Shown here one piece after another: positions 1 through 10,875 of a stretch of DNA of 64,000 nt; position 1 is the stretch's first letter, and every line of letters starts with the position of its first letter. The stretch comes from Myxococcales bacterium (GTDB lineage Bacteria; Myxococcota; Myxococcia; Myxococcales; 40CM-4-68-19), in the NCBI GenBank assembly GCA_035261845.1, contig DATFTN010000159.1, forward strand, positions 192 through 64,191, written 5' to 3'. The translations under genes were made by a program, and so were the position numbers. Under the pieces are notes generated by a model. It made no database searches. It was not told where the DNA came from and was given only the letters and a program-made list of their open reading frames with translations.

Positions 1-67
1 CATCGTGCTGGCCATCATCTGGTGGGCAGCCGGCTCGGGCAGGCGCCGCCGGCCCGCTGGTCCCTGA
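1..67 (+). CDS. 3' end of an unidentified upstream gene (hydrophobic segment then Arg-rich tail)
   Basis: Frame is open from the window edge (codons from nt 2) to TGA at 65-67 and reads IVLAIIWWAAGSGRRRRPAGP*. Too short to identify. Confidence 0.25.
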   Translation, partial: IVLAIIWWAAGSGRRRRPAGP

Positions 68-152
68 TTCGAGGCGCGCCCGCTCGCCTCGCGCGATCTA
101 CCTTGCGCTGTCAGGAGGCCACGCATGAGCAGACCGCTGCGCGAGCGCTATC

Positions 153-1439
153 TCAGGCGGCGCGGAGCGCCTCGCGCAGCGCCGTCGCCGTCTGATCGAC
201 GTCCTCCGCGCTGTGGGCGCTGGAGAGGAAGGCCGCCTCGAACTGGCTGGGCGGCAGGTAGATCCCGCGCTCGAGCAGCACGCGGTGGACGGCGGCGAAC
301 CGCTTCAGGTCCGACCGCTTCGCGCTCGGGTAGTCGAAGACCTCGGAGGAAGCGAAGAAGATCGTCCACATCGAGCCGACCTGGTTGACCTGCGCGGGCA
401 CCTTCGCCGCCGCGCAGGCCTCGCGCAGGCGGCCGCACAGCTCCTCGGTGCGCTTCTCGATCTCCTCGATGAAGCCGCGCTGGCGGACCAGATCGAGCAT
501 CGCGCAGCCCGCCGCCATCGCCACCGGGTTCCCCGAGAGCGTCCCCGCCTGGTAGATGGGTCCCTCGGGCGCCACCTGCGACAGGACGTCTTCCCGCCCT
601 CCGTAGGCGCCCACCGGCAAGCCGCCGCCGATCACCTTCCCCAAGCAAGTGAGATCCGGCTCGATTCCGTAGCGCTCCTGCGCCCCGCCGCGCGCCACCC
701 GGAAGCCCGTCAACACCTCGTCGAAGACGAGCAGCACGCCGGCGGCGCGCGTCTCCTCGCGGAGCGTCTCCAAGAAACCCGCCTTGGGCAGGATCACGCC
801 CAGGTTGCCGACCACCGGCTCCACGATGGCGCAGGCCGTCTCGCGCCCCTGCGGCGAACGGAAGAACCCGCGCACCGCCTCCACGTCGTTGAACGGCAAC
901 ACCGTGGTGAGCTTCGCCAGCGCGGCCGGCACCCCGGGCGAGTCGGGGAGCCCCAGCGTCTCCACTCCGCTGCCGGCCCGCACCAGCAGGCTGTCCAACG
1001 CGCCGTGGTAGCAGCCCTCGAACTTCACCACCCGCTCGCGGCCGGTGGACCCGCGCGCCACCCGGAGCGCGGCGGAGGTCGCCTCGGTCCCGGAGGAGAC
1101 GAAGCGCATCCGCTTCATCGACGGCACCAGCGCGCGCACTTTCTCCGCCAGGTCCGACTCACGCGGGGTGGGCGCGCCGAAGCTGGTCCCGTGCGCTGCG
1201 GCGTCCGCCACTGCCCGGACGATCTCCGGGTGCGCGTGCCCGGCGAGCAAGGGACCCCAGCTCAGCACGTAGTCGACCAGGTGGTTGCCGTCCACGTCCA
1301 CGAGGTGGGCGCCCTCGCCACGCGCGATGAAGAGAGGCTCACCCCCCACCGCCCGGAAGGCGCGCACCGGGCTGTTCACCCCACCCGGAAACAACCCTTT
1401 CGCCCGGGCGAACTCCTTCTGCGACTTCGCAGTCTTCAT
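153..1439 (-). CDS. hemL: glutamate-1-semialdehyde 2,1-aminomutase
   Basis: 428-aa ORF. N-terminus is FPGGVNSPVRAF...GEPLFI. Class-III aminotransferase layout typical of HemL. Confidence 0.95.
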   Translation of the reverse strand: MKTAKSQKEFARAKGLFPGGVNSPVRAFRAVGGEPLFIARGEGAHLVDVDGNHLVDYVLSWGPLLAGHAHPEIVRAVADAAAHGTSFGAPTPRESDLAEKVRALVPSMKRMRFVSSGTEATSAALRVARGSTGRERVVKFEGCYHGALDSLLVRAGSGVETLGLPDSPGVPAALAKLTTVLPFNDVEAVRGFFRSPQGRETACAIVEPVVGNLGVILPKAGFLETLREETRAAGVLLVFDEVLTGFRVARGGAQERYGIEPDLTCLGKVIGGGLPVGAYGGREDVLSQVAPEGPIYQAGTLSGNPVAMAAGCAMLDLVRQRGFIEEIEKRTEELCGRLREACAAAKVPAQVNQVGSMWTIFFASSEVFDYPSAKRSDLKRFAAVHRVLLERGIYLPPSQFEAAFLSSAHSAEDVDQTATALREALRAA

Positions 1440-1483
1440 GCCCGCGAAGGAGTAACACGTTTCGGCGCTTCGCCGCGGTAGAG

Positions 1484-1606
1484 CCTAAAGCGTTTCACGC
1501 AGAGAGCGCAGAGGAAAGGGAGGGCGCGGAGGAGATCAAATGATCAAAAGGATCCTCCGCGACCTCGCAGTCGCTCCTCCGCGATCTCTGCGTGAAACGC
1601 TTTAGG
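1484..1606. mobile_element. MITE-like palindromic element (22-bp perfect terminal inverted repeats, AGAG flanking duplication)
   Basis: CCTAAAGCGTTTCACGCAGAGA at 1484-1505 is exactly reverse-complemented at 1585-1606. AGAG lies directly outside both arms (1480-1483, 1607-1610). The core is itself palindromic. Confidence 0.5.
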
Positions 1607-1618
1607 AGAGTCTTCGGG

Positions 1619-2494
1619 TCAGTGCGTCGACGTGCGCTGGCCGTTTCGGGCGAGGCCGCGGTCGAAGACGGCGGAGAGGTTCCGCGAATCGACGGGCTTG
1701 GCCATGTCGAGGCGGCGCTGCGCCCGCTCCAGCGCGAACTGGACCACGTCGGGCGAGTCGTGGGTGCGGAGGGCCTGGGTGAACGCCTGCACGGCGTGGG
1801 CGTCGTCGCCCATCTCCACCAGGCAATTGCCCATCTCGAAACGGGCTTCGGCTTCTTCCCGGGTGCCCGGGTACTGCTGCATCACGCCGCGATAGGCGGC
1901 CACGGCGTCCGCGTGCCTTCCGGAGAGGTGGAACGTCGAGGCGGCCAGGAGCGCGGCCGCGGGAGCGAGCTTCGAGTCCGGCCACCGCTTCTGCAACTCC
2001 GCGGCGGCCGCCCGCGCCTCGGGATAGTCGGCCCGATCGCTCTGCACCCGCGCGATCTTCAGCTGCGCGGTGTCGGCCCCGGGGCGGTCCGGCGCGGCGG
2101 CGACCTGGTCGCGCCAGGCCTCGACCGCTCCCCGCAGGTCTCCGAGCCGCAGGTCGAGGTCGCCGAGCCGCTCGCGCGCCTCGAAGGACTCCGGCGCGGT
2201 GGGATACCGCTTCACCAGCTCCCGGTACTCCTGAGCGGCGCACCGCGGCTTGTCCAGGTGCAGGGCGCAGAGATCTCCGGCGAGCTTGAGGGCACCGCGC
2301 CGCACGTCGTCGGCGCCGTCTCCGCGATCTTCGCCGAGTTGGAAGAGGACCGCCCGCGCTTCGATCAACGCGGCGTTGTGGTGCCCTGCCAGCGCGAGGT
2401 CGCGGGCCTGCTCCAGCTTTGCGGCGGGGCTCCTGCCGCACGCGCAAAGCAGCAGTCCAGCGCTGATTCCCAACGCGATCGATCCTCGCGGCAT
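1619..2494 (-). CDS. TPR-repeat lipoprotein (YbgF/BamD-like)
   Basis: Signal peptide plus lipobox MPRGSIALGISAGLLLCACG, taking the ATG at 2494. The ORF is open to 2557. TPR-like helical repeats follow. Lies directly downstream of gyrA. Confidence 0.75.
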   Translation of the reverse strand: MPRGSIALGISAGLLLCACGRSPAAKLEQARDLALAGHHNAALIEARAVLFQLGEDRGDGADDVRRGALKLAGDLCALHLDKPRCAAQEYRELVKRYPTAPESFEARERLGDLDLRLGDLRGAVEAWRDQVAAAPDRPGADTAQLKIARVQSDRADYPEARAAAAELQKRWPDSKLAPAAALLAASTFHLSGRHADAVAAYRGVMQQYPGTREEAEARFEMGNCLVEMGDDAHAVQAFTQALRTHDSPDVVQFALERAQRRLDMAKPVDSRNLSAVFDRGLARNGQRTSTH

Positions 2495-2621
2495 CAAGAG
2501 AATCGCTACCAGTTTCCGCAGAGCACCGCAACGAATGAAAGGTGCGCCTTCGCCCACATGGACGTGCTGGTGGTGCGAGGTGCGACGCCGCGAAAAACTC
2601 CCGGTCGCTGGCGAGGCTCGC

Positions 2622-5324
2622 TCAGGTCTCCTCGGAACCGCTGGGCGGGCTGCCGCCGTCGTCGTCCTCGTGTCCCGAGGCCGCCTGCTCGGCGGCGACT
2701 TCCGCGGCGGCGTCGGCCTCGCGCTCTTCCGGAGCGCGGGTGGCGCCCACCACCTTCTCGCCCTCCTGGCGCAGATCGATGAGCCGCACGCCCTGGGTGT
2801 TGCGGCCGATCAGCGAAACCTCGGCCACGCGGGTGCGGATGATGATCCCCTTGTTGGTGATGATCATCACCTCGTCGGCGTCGGTGACCTGCAGCATCGC
2901 CACCACCTTGCCGTTCCGCTCGCTGGTCTTGATGTCGATGATGCCCTTGCCGCCGCGGTGCGTGCGCCGGTACTCGTCGATGGCGGTGCGCTTGCCGTAT
3001 CCGTTCTCGGTCACGGTGAGCAGCGTCGAGGCGGAATGCACCAGCTCCGCTCCCACCACGTGATCGCCGGCCTCCAGCGTGATTCCCTTCACGCCGTACG
3101 CCGTGCGGCCCATCGAGCGCACTTCCTTCTGCTCGAACCGGATGGCCATGCCGTCGGCGGTGCCGATCACCACGTCCTCGGTCCCCCGGGCGTGCATCAC
3201 GCTGACCAGCGAGTCGTTCTCCTCGATCGACAGGGCCTTGAGGCCGCTCGGCCGGGGCCGCGAGAAGGCGGACAGCGCGGTGCGCTTGATCAGCCCGTTG
3301 CGGGTGACGAACACGATGTAGGGGCCCTTGCTGATCGCGATCGCCTGTTCGGCCGCGGCGCGCGCCTCGTCCTGCGGGCCGGTGGTCCGCTCGGCCTCGC
3401 CGGCGCCCGTCGCCGGAATCTCGGCGGTCTCCTCGCCCTCCGGCTCGTCGCCCTCGGCGGCCGCCTTCTTGGGCAGCTCCTTCACCGGCAAGAGCGCGGC
3501 CACCTTCTCCTCGGGCCCCAGCGGCACCAGGTTGACGATCGCCTTGCCTCGCGCCGCTCGCCCCGCCTGCGGCAGCTCGTGGACCTTGAGCCAGAACACG
3601 CGCCCCTTGTTGGTGAAGAGGAGCAGATAGGCGTGCGTCGAGGCCACGAAGATCTGCTCGATGAAGTCGTCCTCGGCGGCGCTCGCGCCGGTCTTGCCCT
3701 TGCCGCCGCGCTTCTGCGCCCGATAGAGCGACACGGGGTTGCGTTTGACGTACCCCGCGTGGCTGACTGTCACCACCATGTCCTCGTCGGCGATCAGGTC
3801 CTCGTCGGACAGATCGCTGGCCTCGCCCACGATCTCGGTCCGCCGCGCGTCGGCGAAGTCGCGCTTCACCTCGCGCAGCTCGTCCTTGATCACCCCGAGA
3901 AGCAGCTCCTCGCTGCCCAGGATGGCGGTCAGGTGGGTGATGAGCTTCTGCAACTCGCCCAGCTCGTCGAGGATCTTCTGCTTCTCCAAGCCGGTCAGGC
4001 GCTGCAGCTGCATCTCGAGGATCGCCTTGGCCTGGATCTCGGACAGCCCGTAGAGGCCCTGCAGCTGCGCCGAGGCTACCTCCCGGTTGGCGCTCGCCTT
4101 GATCACCACGATGATCTCGTCGATGTGGTCGAGCGCGATCTTGTAGCCGAGCAGGACGTGCTCGCGCTCGCGCGCCTTGCGCAGGTCGTGGCGCGTGCGC
4201 CGGGTGACCACGTCGCGCCGGTGGGCGATGAACCGCTCGAGCAGGGCCTTGAGGCCCAGCGTGCGCGGCTGTCCCCGATCGATGGCCAGCATGGTGGCCC
4301 CGAAGGTGTCCTGGAAGAGCGCGCTGTGCTGGTACAGGTTGTTCAGCACGACACCGGTGACGGCGTCGCGCTTGGTCTCCACCACCGCCCGGATGCCCTC
4401 CCGGCTCGATTCGTCGCGCAGGTCGCTGATGCCCTCCAGCTTCTTGTCCTTCACCAGCTCGGCGATGCTCTGGATCGCGCGCGCCTTGTTGACCTGGTAC
4501 GGCACCTCGGTCACCACGATGGTGTCCCGGCCGGTCTTCTTGTCGGTCTCCACCTCCACCTTGGCGCGCATGCGCAGGATGCCGCGGCCGGTCTCGTACA
4601 GGGCGCGGATCTGCGCGACTCCCATCAGGATGCCGCCGGTGGGGAAGTCCGGTCCCTGGATGCCACCCGGCAGCGTCCCGCCCAGCTTGGGGTCGAGCAG
4701 GTCCTGCAGCCGCGCCTCGGGGTGCTCGATGAGATGGATGCAGCTCTCGATCGTCTCCGCCAGGTTGTGCGGCGGGATGTTGGTCGCCATCCCCACCGCG
4801 ATGCCCGCAGACCCGTTGACGAGGAGGTTGGGGAAGCGGGTGGGCAGGACGCTCGGCTCGGTCGTGGTGTCGTCGAAGTTGGGGACGAAGTCGACCGTGT
4901 CCTTGTCGATGTCCGCGAGCATCGCCTCGGCCAGCTTGGTGAGGCGGGCTTCCGTGTACCGGTAGGCGGCGGCGCTATCGCCGTCGATGGATCCGAAGTT
5001 GCCCTGGCCATCGATCAACGGCTCGCGCAGGTTCCATTCCTGCGCCAGGCGCACCAGAGCGTCGTAGACCGCTGCGTCGCCGTGCGGGTGGTACCGCTTC
5101 AGCACCTCGCCCACCGTGCCGGCGCACTTCGAGTAGCGCCGGTTGTGCAGCATCCCCTGCTCGAACATCGCGTAGAGGATGCGGCGGTGGACGGGCTTCA
5201 AGCCGTCGCGCACGTCGGGCAGCGCGCGCCCGACGATGACCGACATCGAGTAGTCGAGATACGCCTGCCGCATCTCGTCTTCGATGGCGACGGGGACGAG
5301 CGAGGGAGCGGTTGCTTCAGCCAT
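2622..5324 (-). CDS. gyrA: DNA gyrase subunit A
   Basis: 900 aa. Contains RALPDVRDGLKPVHRRILY and the active-site region DGDSAAAYRYTEARL. C-terminal beta-pinwheel repeats and an acidic tail. Confidence 0.97.
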   Translation of the reverse strand: MAEATAPSLVPVAIEDEMRQAYLDYSMSVIVGRALPDVRDGLKPVHRRILYAMFEQGMLHNRRYSKCAGTVGEVLKRYHPHGDAAVYDALVRLAQEWNLREPLIDGQGNFGSIDGDSAAAYRYTEARLTKLAEAMLADIDKDTVDFVPNFDDTTTEPSVLPTRFPNLLVNGSAGIAVGMATNIPPHNLAETIESCIHLIEHPEARLQDLLDPKLGGTLPGGIQGPDFPTGGILMGVAQIRALYETGRGILRMRAKVEVETDKKTGRDTIVVTEVPYQVNKARAIQSIAELVKDKKLEGISDLRDESSREGIRAVVETKRDAVTGVVLNNLYQHSALFQDTFGATMLAIDRGQPRTLGLKALLERFIAHRRDVVTRRTRHDLRKAREREHVLLGYKIALDHIDEIIVVIKASANREVASAQLQGLYGLSEIQAKAILEMQLQRLTGLEKQKILDELGELQKLITHLTAILGSEELLLGVIKDELREVKRDFADARRTEIVGEASDLSDEDLIADEDMVVTVSHAGYVKRNPVSLYRAQKRGGKGKTGASAAEDDFIEQIFVASTHAYLLLFTNKGRVFWLKVHELPQAGRAARGKAIVNLVPLGPEEKVAALLPVKELPKKAAAEGDEPEGEETAEIPATGAGEAERTTGPQDEARAAAEQAIAISKGPYIVFVTRNGLIKRTALSAFSRPRPSGLKALSIEENDSLVSVMHARGTEDVVIGTADGMAIRFEQKEVRSMGRTAYGVKGITLEAGDHVVGAELVHSASTLLTVTENGYGKRTAIDEYRRTHRGGKGIIDIKTSERNGKVVAMLQVTDADEVMIITNKGIIIRTRVAEVSLIGRNTQGVRLIDLRQEGEKVVGATRAPEEREADAAAEVAAEQAASGHEDDDGGSPPSGSEET

Positions 5325-5457
5325 GCGATTGGACCATGTGGATGGGCGGTGTCTTGAGGGGTTGGGAGACCTCGTTTTCTATCGTGCCGGCGGGGTCTTT
5401 GCCATTGGAATCGCCTGCCCTTTACAGGCGCGATCCGCAGGAGGATCCTCTGCCGCG

Positions 5458-5853
5458 GTGAGCGTCACCTTCCCGGACCTGCTGCGCTTCCAGGACCTCG
5501 CGTTGCTGCTCCTGCGGCTGGTTTCGGCCATCGTGTTCGGGGGCAGCGGTTACCTCCACCTGAAGGACCCCGCGGGCAGGGCGAAGAGCATCGAGATGAG
5601 CCCTGCCTTCACCGCCGCGCTGGGCGCCGCGGAGGTGCTGGCGAGCGTGGCCCTGGTCACGGGGATCCTCGTCCAGATCGGCGCGGCCGGCCTCATCCTG
5701 GTGGGGCTGGGAGCCATCCAGAAGAAGGTCTTCACCTGGAAGACCGGTTTCTGGGGCGAGAAGGGATACGGCTGGCACTACGACTTGATGCTTCTGGCCA
5801 TGAACCTGGTCGTGCTCTGCACGGCCGGCGGCAAGCTCGTCATTCGCTTCTAG
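5458..5853 (+). CDS. DoxX-family membrane protein
   Basis: Four hydrophobic helices (LLLLRLVSAIVFGGSGYLHL...). GTG at 5458 is preceded by AGGAGG. The ORF track opens at 5284, but that extension overlaps the gyrA start. Confidence 0.7.
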   Translation: MSVTFPDLLRFQDLALLLLRLVSAIVFGGSGYLHLKDPAGRAKSIEMSPAFTAALGAAEVLASVALVTGILVQIGAAGLILVGLGAIQKKVFTWKTGFWGEKGYGWHYDLMLLAMNLVVLCTAGGKLVIRF

Positions 5854-5856
5854 TCC

Positions 5857-6573
5857 CTACAAATTATCTAGATGGCGCCTGGCTTCGCGGCCGGCCTCGC
5901 TGCGCGGGTCGCAATGCTCCGCCTCGCGGAACGCCTCCCGGGCGGACGCCTTGTCGCCTCGGAGTTTCAGGGCGATGCCGCGCCCGAGGTTGGCCCCGGC
6001 GTGGCGGCGGTCGATCGAGAGGGCTTTGTCGAACTCGGCCAGCGCCTTCTCCATCTCGCCTTCCTGCAGCCAGCGCCGGCCTTCGGCCACGTGGTGATCG
6101 GCGTTGGAGACGAACTCGACGTCGAGCACCGCCCGCCCCACCACGTGTCCGAGCACCACGCGGAGCGGGCCGAACCACCAGAAGCTGGCCACTTCCGCAG
6201 CCGCCACCACCGCGATGGGGATCTCGGCGATCTGCTTGCCGCGGAACTTGACGCGCACCCGCGTGTGCTGGCCCTTGGCCATCAAATCGCGCGCTTGGGC
6301 GCTGATCTTCGCCAGGGCCCCCTCCAGCCCTTCGGACAGATCGACCGCCACCTTCTTGGCCGTCTCTCCGGCCTTCTCCGCGGCCGGGCGCGCCTTGTCG
6401 GCGAAGTCCGAAATCTTCCGGGCGGCGCGGTCCGCGATCTCCGCCCACTCGCCGTTGCCGGCCGGCTGCTTGGCGGGCTCAGGCGCGGCCCCGCCAGCCT
6501 GGCGCGGCGCCCTGCGGACCGCGCGCCGCCGGCGCCGGTGCGTCTTCTTCTCGCTGCCCTCGCGTTCGGCCAT
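5857..6573 (-). CDS. hypothetical protein, DUF4342-like segment plus C-terminal TPR
   Basis: ATG at 6573 (MAEREG...). Contains RVRVKFRGKQIAEIPIAVVAAAEV..., a DUF4342-like pattern, followed by TPR-like helices. Confidence 0.6.
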   Translation of the reverse strand: MAEREGSEKKTHRRRRRAVRRAPRQAGGAAPEPAKQPAGNGEWAEIADRAARKISDFADKARPAAEKAGETAKKVAVDLSEGLEGALAKISAQARDLMAKGQHTRVRVKFRGKQIAEIPIAVVAAAEVASFWWFGPLRVVLGHVVGRAVLDVEFVSNADHHVAEGRRWLQEGEMEKALAEFDKALSIDRRHAGANLGRGIALKLRGDKASAREAFREAEHCDPRSEAGREARRHLDNL

Positions 6574-6679
6574 CCCTTCCTCCGTCAGGGCGCAGTATGC
6601 TCCGGGGCGGTCCCCGCCGCCACGCGCTTGGGGCGCAAGTGGGCTTGCACCGCGGCGGCTCGGCGGGCACATCACGGGC

Positions 6680-7408
6680 ATGCCCCTCCACCGCGAGCGC
6701 GTCGACCCGATCCGCACTCCCGCGCAGCTGGAGCTCTGCCATCGCCGCTGGCTTTTGCCCGACGACGTCGGCCGGGCGGTGCTCCTACCGCAAGCGGCGC
6801 GGCTGTGGCGCGGGCTCTTGGACCTCGGCGTACTCGACGGCTCGTCCGAGGCGCAGCTCGATCGCTTGTCCTTGCCGGCGGCAGGCGAGCCGGATCAGAA
6901 CGACCTCCCCGCCGCCGCCAGCGCGGGAGCCCTCCTCGCCGGAGGCGGCGCGGCGACGGCGGTCTCGCAGGTCGTGTTTCCGGAGGAGGGGCGTCGAGAT
7001 CCCTATCAGGAGGAGGAACCCGATCCCGGGTATCGCGACTACACATTGTACGTGGTCGACTCCCCGCGCTTTCTTCTCCTGCCGCTGCCGCCCGTCGATC
7101 TCGTTTGCGGCGCCTGCGGCAAGACCTTTGCGCCCCACCTGGCTTCCTTCGGCGCCGCCGCCTTGCTCGACCTCGAGCGGACCTGCCCCGGATGCGGCGC
7201 CCGGCTGGACCTGGGCCGCGACCGCGGAAGGCTCCGCTCGGGAGCGGTCTTCTTGCTGGAGGAGCTCTGTGCCCGGGCGGCGCTCTCCGTGGAGCTGCCC
7301 CGCGCTCCTCGGGACGAGGAGCTGCCCGACGCGGCGGTCGCGGCGCTCCTCCGCGAGGCATTCGGCGACTACGACGAGCTGGCGGACGACGGGGTGGAGC
7401 CCGCATGA
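6680..7408 (+). CDS. hypothetical acidic protein with CxxC...CxxC zinc-ribbon-like motif
   Basis: ATG at 6680. Contains CGACGKTF...CPGCGARL. Composition is acidic and not Arg-rich, unlike the overlapping frames. Its stop overlaps the next start (ATGA at 7405-7408). Confidence 0.55.
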   Translation: MPLHRERVDPIRTPAQLELCHRRWLLPDDVGRAVLLPQAARLWRGLLDLGVLDGSSEAQLDRLSLPAAGEPDQNDLPAAASAGALLAGGGAATAVSQVVFPEEGRRDPYQEEEPDPGYRDYTLYVVDSPRFLLLPLPPVDLVCGACGKTFAPHLASFGAAALLDLERTCPGCGARLDLGRDRGRLRSGAVFLLEELCARAALSVELPRAPRDEELPDAAVAALLREAFGDYDELADDGVEPA

Positions 7409-8127
7409 CGATGGCCGGCTCGCGCGACGACAAGCAGCGCATCCGCGAACGGATCTGGGACCTGCTCGAGGAGCGAGGAGTGGCCGCGTTCCCCGGAGCG
7501 CGAGGACGCATACCGAATTTCGTCGGCGCCTCGGCTGCAGCGGACCGCCTCGCAGCGACCGGGGAGTGGCGGGCCGCGCGCGCTCTCAAGTGCAATCCCG
7601 ATGCGCCGCAGAGGTACGTGCGGCTGCGCGCGCTGCGCGAAGGAAAGCTCGTCTACATGGCGGTCCCGCGGCTCCGCGACGCGCGGTGCTTCTGGGAGCT
7701 GGACCCCCAGCGCCTGCCCGACGTCCGGGCAGCTGCTTCGATCGGCGGCGCGGCCCGCTTCGGGCGCCCGGTCGCGCCGGAGGAGCTTCCGCACGTCGAC
7801 CTGGTGGTCGCGGGGTCGGTCGCGGTCACCCGCCGCGGCGCGCGCCTCGGCAAAGGAGGCGGCTACTCCGACCTCGAGTACGCCCTGTGCCGCGCGGCCG
7901 GCTGCATCGACGAGCGGACGGTCGTCGCCACCACCGTGCACCCGCTGCAGATCGTGCGCGCGGTGCCCGAGGCGGCGCACGACTTCCGCGTCGACCTGAT
8001 CGCCACGCCTCGGGGCGTCCTGCGGGTCGAGCGCGCACGGGCCCAGCCTGCCGGAATCGTTTCTTCCGAGCTGACGGAGGAGATCCGCCGGAACGTGCCA
8101 GCTCTTTCGGGACTCGGGCTCAGCTGA
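7405..8127 (+). CDS. 5-formyltetrahydrofolate cyclo-ligase family protein
   Basis: N-terminal DDKQRIRERIWDLLEE, GRIPNFVGA, and the LGKGGGYSDLEY motif in place of GxGxGYYDR. Confidence 0.75.
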   Translation: MTMAGSRDDKQRIRERIWDLLEERGVAAFPGARGRIPNFVGASAAADRLAATGEWRAARALKCNPDAPQRYVRLRALREGKLVYMAVPRLRDARCFWELDPQRLPDVRAAASIGGAARFGRPVAPEELPHVDLVVAGSVAVTRRGARLGKGGGYSDLEYALCRAAGCIDERTVVATTVHPLQIVRAVPEAAHDFRVDLIATPRGVLRVERARAQPAGIVSSELTEEIRRNVPALSGLGLS

Positions 8128-8992
8128 CCTTTGCAGCTCGCTCGAGCCACGCCGAGACGAGCTCCGCGGTGCGACCCAGATCGGGAGAGACGTACAGCAC
8201 CTTCTGGTAGTCGGTCGGGTCGTAGGGAGTCGCCGCCACCAGCTCCAGATCCAGCGGCCGCAGCTGTGCGTGCTGCTCGAAGCGGCCCAGCTCGCCGAAC
8301 GAGGAGAGCAGGCCCGCTCCGTAGGCCTTCACGGCGCCTTCTTCCTCGCAGAGGCCGAACTCCAGCGTGTACCAGTAGACGCGCGCGATGCGGCCGAGCT
8401 GCTCGGCGGTGGCGAGCACCGCCGCCTGGCCGAAGGCGCGGTTCAACCGCGCGAAGGCTGGATCGCAGAAGGTCGCCGCGTGCCCCACCAGCTCGTGCAC
8501 CACGTCCGGCTCGGGGGTGTATAGGGGCCGGGAGGGATGCCGCGTATACTGAGTGGCGAGAAAGACGCTTCGTCCCAGGTGCCCGAGGAAGTTGCGATCG
8601 CTGACCAGCCCCGCGACCGGCCTCATGCGGAACCCGGTGGCGCGGCCGAGAGAGACGTTCACGTCCGCGAGCTGCGGCACCCGCGTGCGGTCGAGCTTCA
8701 GCAGCCGGGAACATCCCTGGTACGCGCCGCAGGCATAGCGGTCGTGCAGCGGAGCGAGGTTCCGCCAGACCGTGCGCCAGACCTCCTCTTCCTCCTCGGT
8801 GTAGTCGACGCGCGGGACCGGGTCGCCGTCCCTGTACTCGAACGCGATCCGGGCGATGGCGTCGCGCCGCGCCCGGTAGACGGGATCGCGGAACCCGGGG
8901 TGATCGGGGTCCAGCTGCACCAGGCCGGCCGCGTCGAGGCGGTCGGGCGCCTGCAGCTCCAGCTCTTCGGGAGTCCGCTTGTCCGCGGCCAT
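8120..8992 (-). CDS. phhA: phenylalanine-4-hydroxylase (aromatic amino-acid hydroxylase)
   Basis: Iron-binding PEPDVVHELVGHAATF and YWYTLEFGLC motifs. ATG at 8992, leaving one nucleotide (8993) between it and the atpC stop codon. Confidence 0.9.
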   Translation of the reverse strand: MAADKRTPEELELQAPDRLDAAGLVQLDPDHPGFRDPVYRARRDAIARIAFEYRDGDPVPRVDYTEEEEEVWRTVWRNLAPLHDRYACGAYQGCSRLLKLDRTRVPQLADVNVSLGRATGFRMRPVAGLVSDRNFLGHLGRSVFLATQYTRHPSRPLYTPEPDVVHELVGHAATFCDPAFARLNRAFGQAAVLATAEQLGRIARVYWYTLEFGLCEEEGAVKAYGAGLLSSFGELGRFEQHAQLRPLDLELVAATPYDPTDYQKVLYVSPDLGRTAELVSAWLERAAKVS

Positions 8993-8993
8993 G

Positions 8994-9398
8994 CTACCTG
9001 CCCCGGGTGGCGACCAGCGCCCGGGCGGCGACGCGCTCCACCGTGGCGCGCACCTTGTCATAGTCGGGGTCGCCCGGCCCCATGATCTCCAGCTTCTTGC
9101 GCGCGTCGGCCAGCTCGCGGGCGGTGCGCTGCGCGTCGATCTGGTCCGCTCGCAACACTTCTTCCACCAGCACCCGGACGCGGTCGTCGGAGATCTCCGC
9201 GAATCCCTCGCCGGCGACGTAGCGGTGCGTCGAGCCGGCGGCATCGTAGGCCAGCTCCCCCGGAGCCAGCGTCGCGACCAGCGGAGTGTGCCCGGGGCGG
9301 ACTCCGAAGCCGCCCTCCACGCCGGTCAGCCGCACCTCGTCGCACTGGACGGTCAGCGCGCGCTGCTCCGGAGTGACGATCTCGAGGGTCAGCAGCAT
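8994..9398 (-). CDS. atpC: F1 ATP synthase subunit epsilon
   Basis: 134 aa, starting MLLTLEIVTPE...GGFGVRPGHTPL. Follows atpD. Confidence 0.93.
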   Translation of the reverse strand: MLLTLEIVTPEQRALTVQCDEVRLTGVEGGFGVRPGHTPLVATLAPGELAYDAAGSTHRYVAGEGFAEISDDRVRVLVEEVLRADQIDAQRTARELADARKKLEIMGPGDPDYDKVRATVERVAARALVATRGR

Positions 9399-9405
9399 GG
9401 CTCGT

Positions 9406-10875
<1,470 letters not shown>

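Noticed and set aside
2250-5357. 1035-aa plus-strand ORF opposite gyrA. Similar long antisense ORFs are 213..1481, 23673..25202, 27975..30770, 47724..50390, 54043..56838, 55802..58561 and 60811..63480.
   Set aside because: Each lies opposite a strongly conserved gene (hemL, gyrA, dnaA, gyrB, mfd, lon, dinG, the lpoA-like gene). All have Arg/Pro/Gly/Asp-rich nonsense composition and no recognisable motifs.
8120-8127. Palindrome TCAGCTGA containing the stop codons of both convergent genes (the cyclo-ligase-family gene and phhA)
   Set aside because: It is a simple 8-bp convergent overlap. I attach no functional significance beyond compact gene packing.
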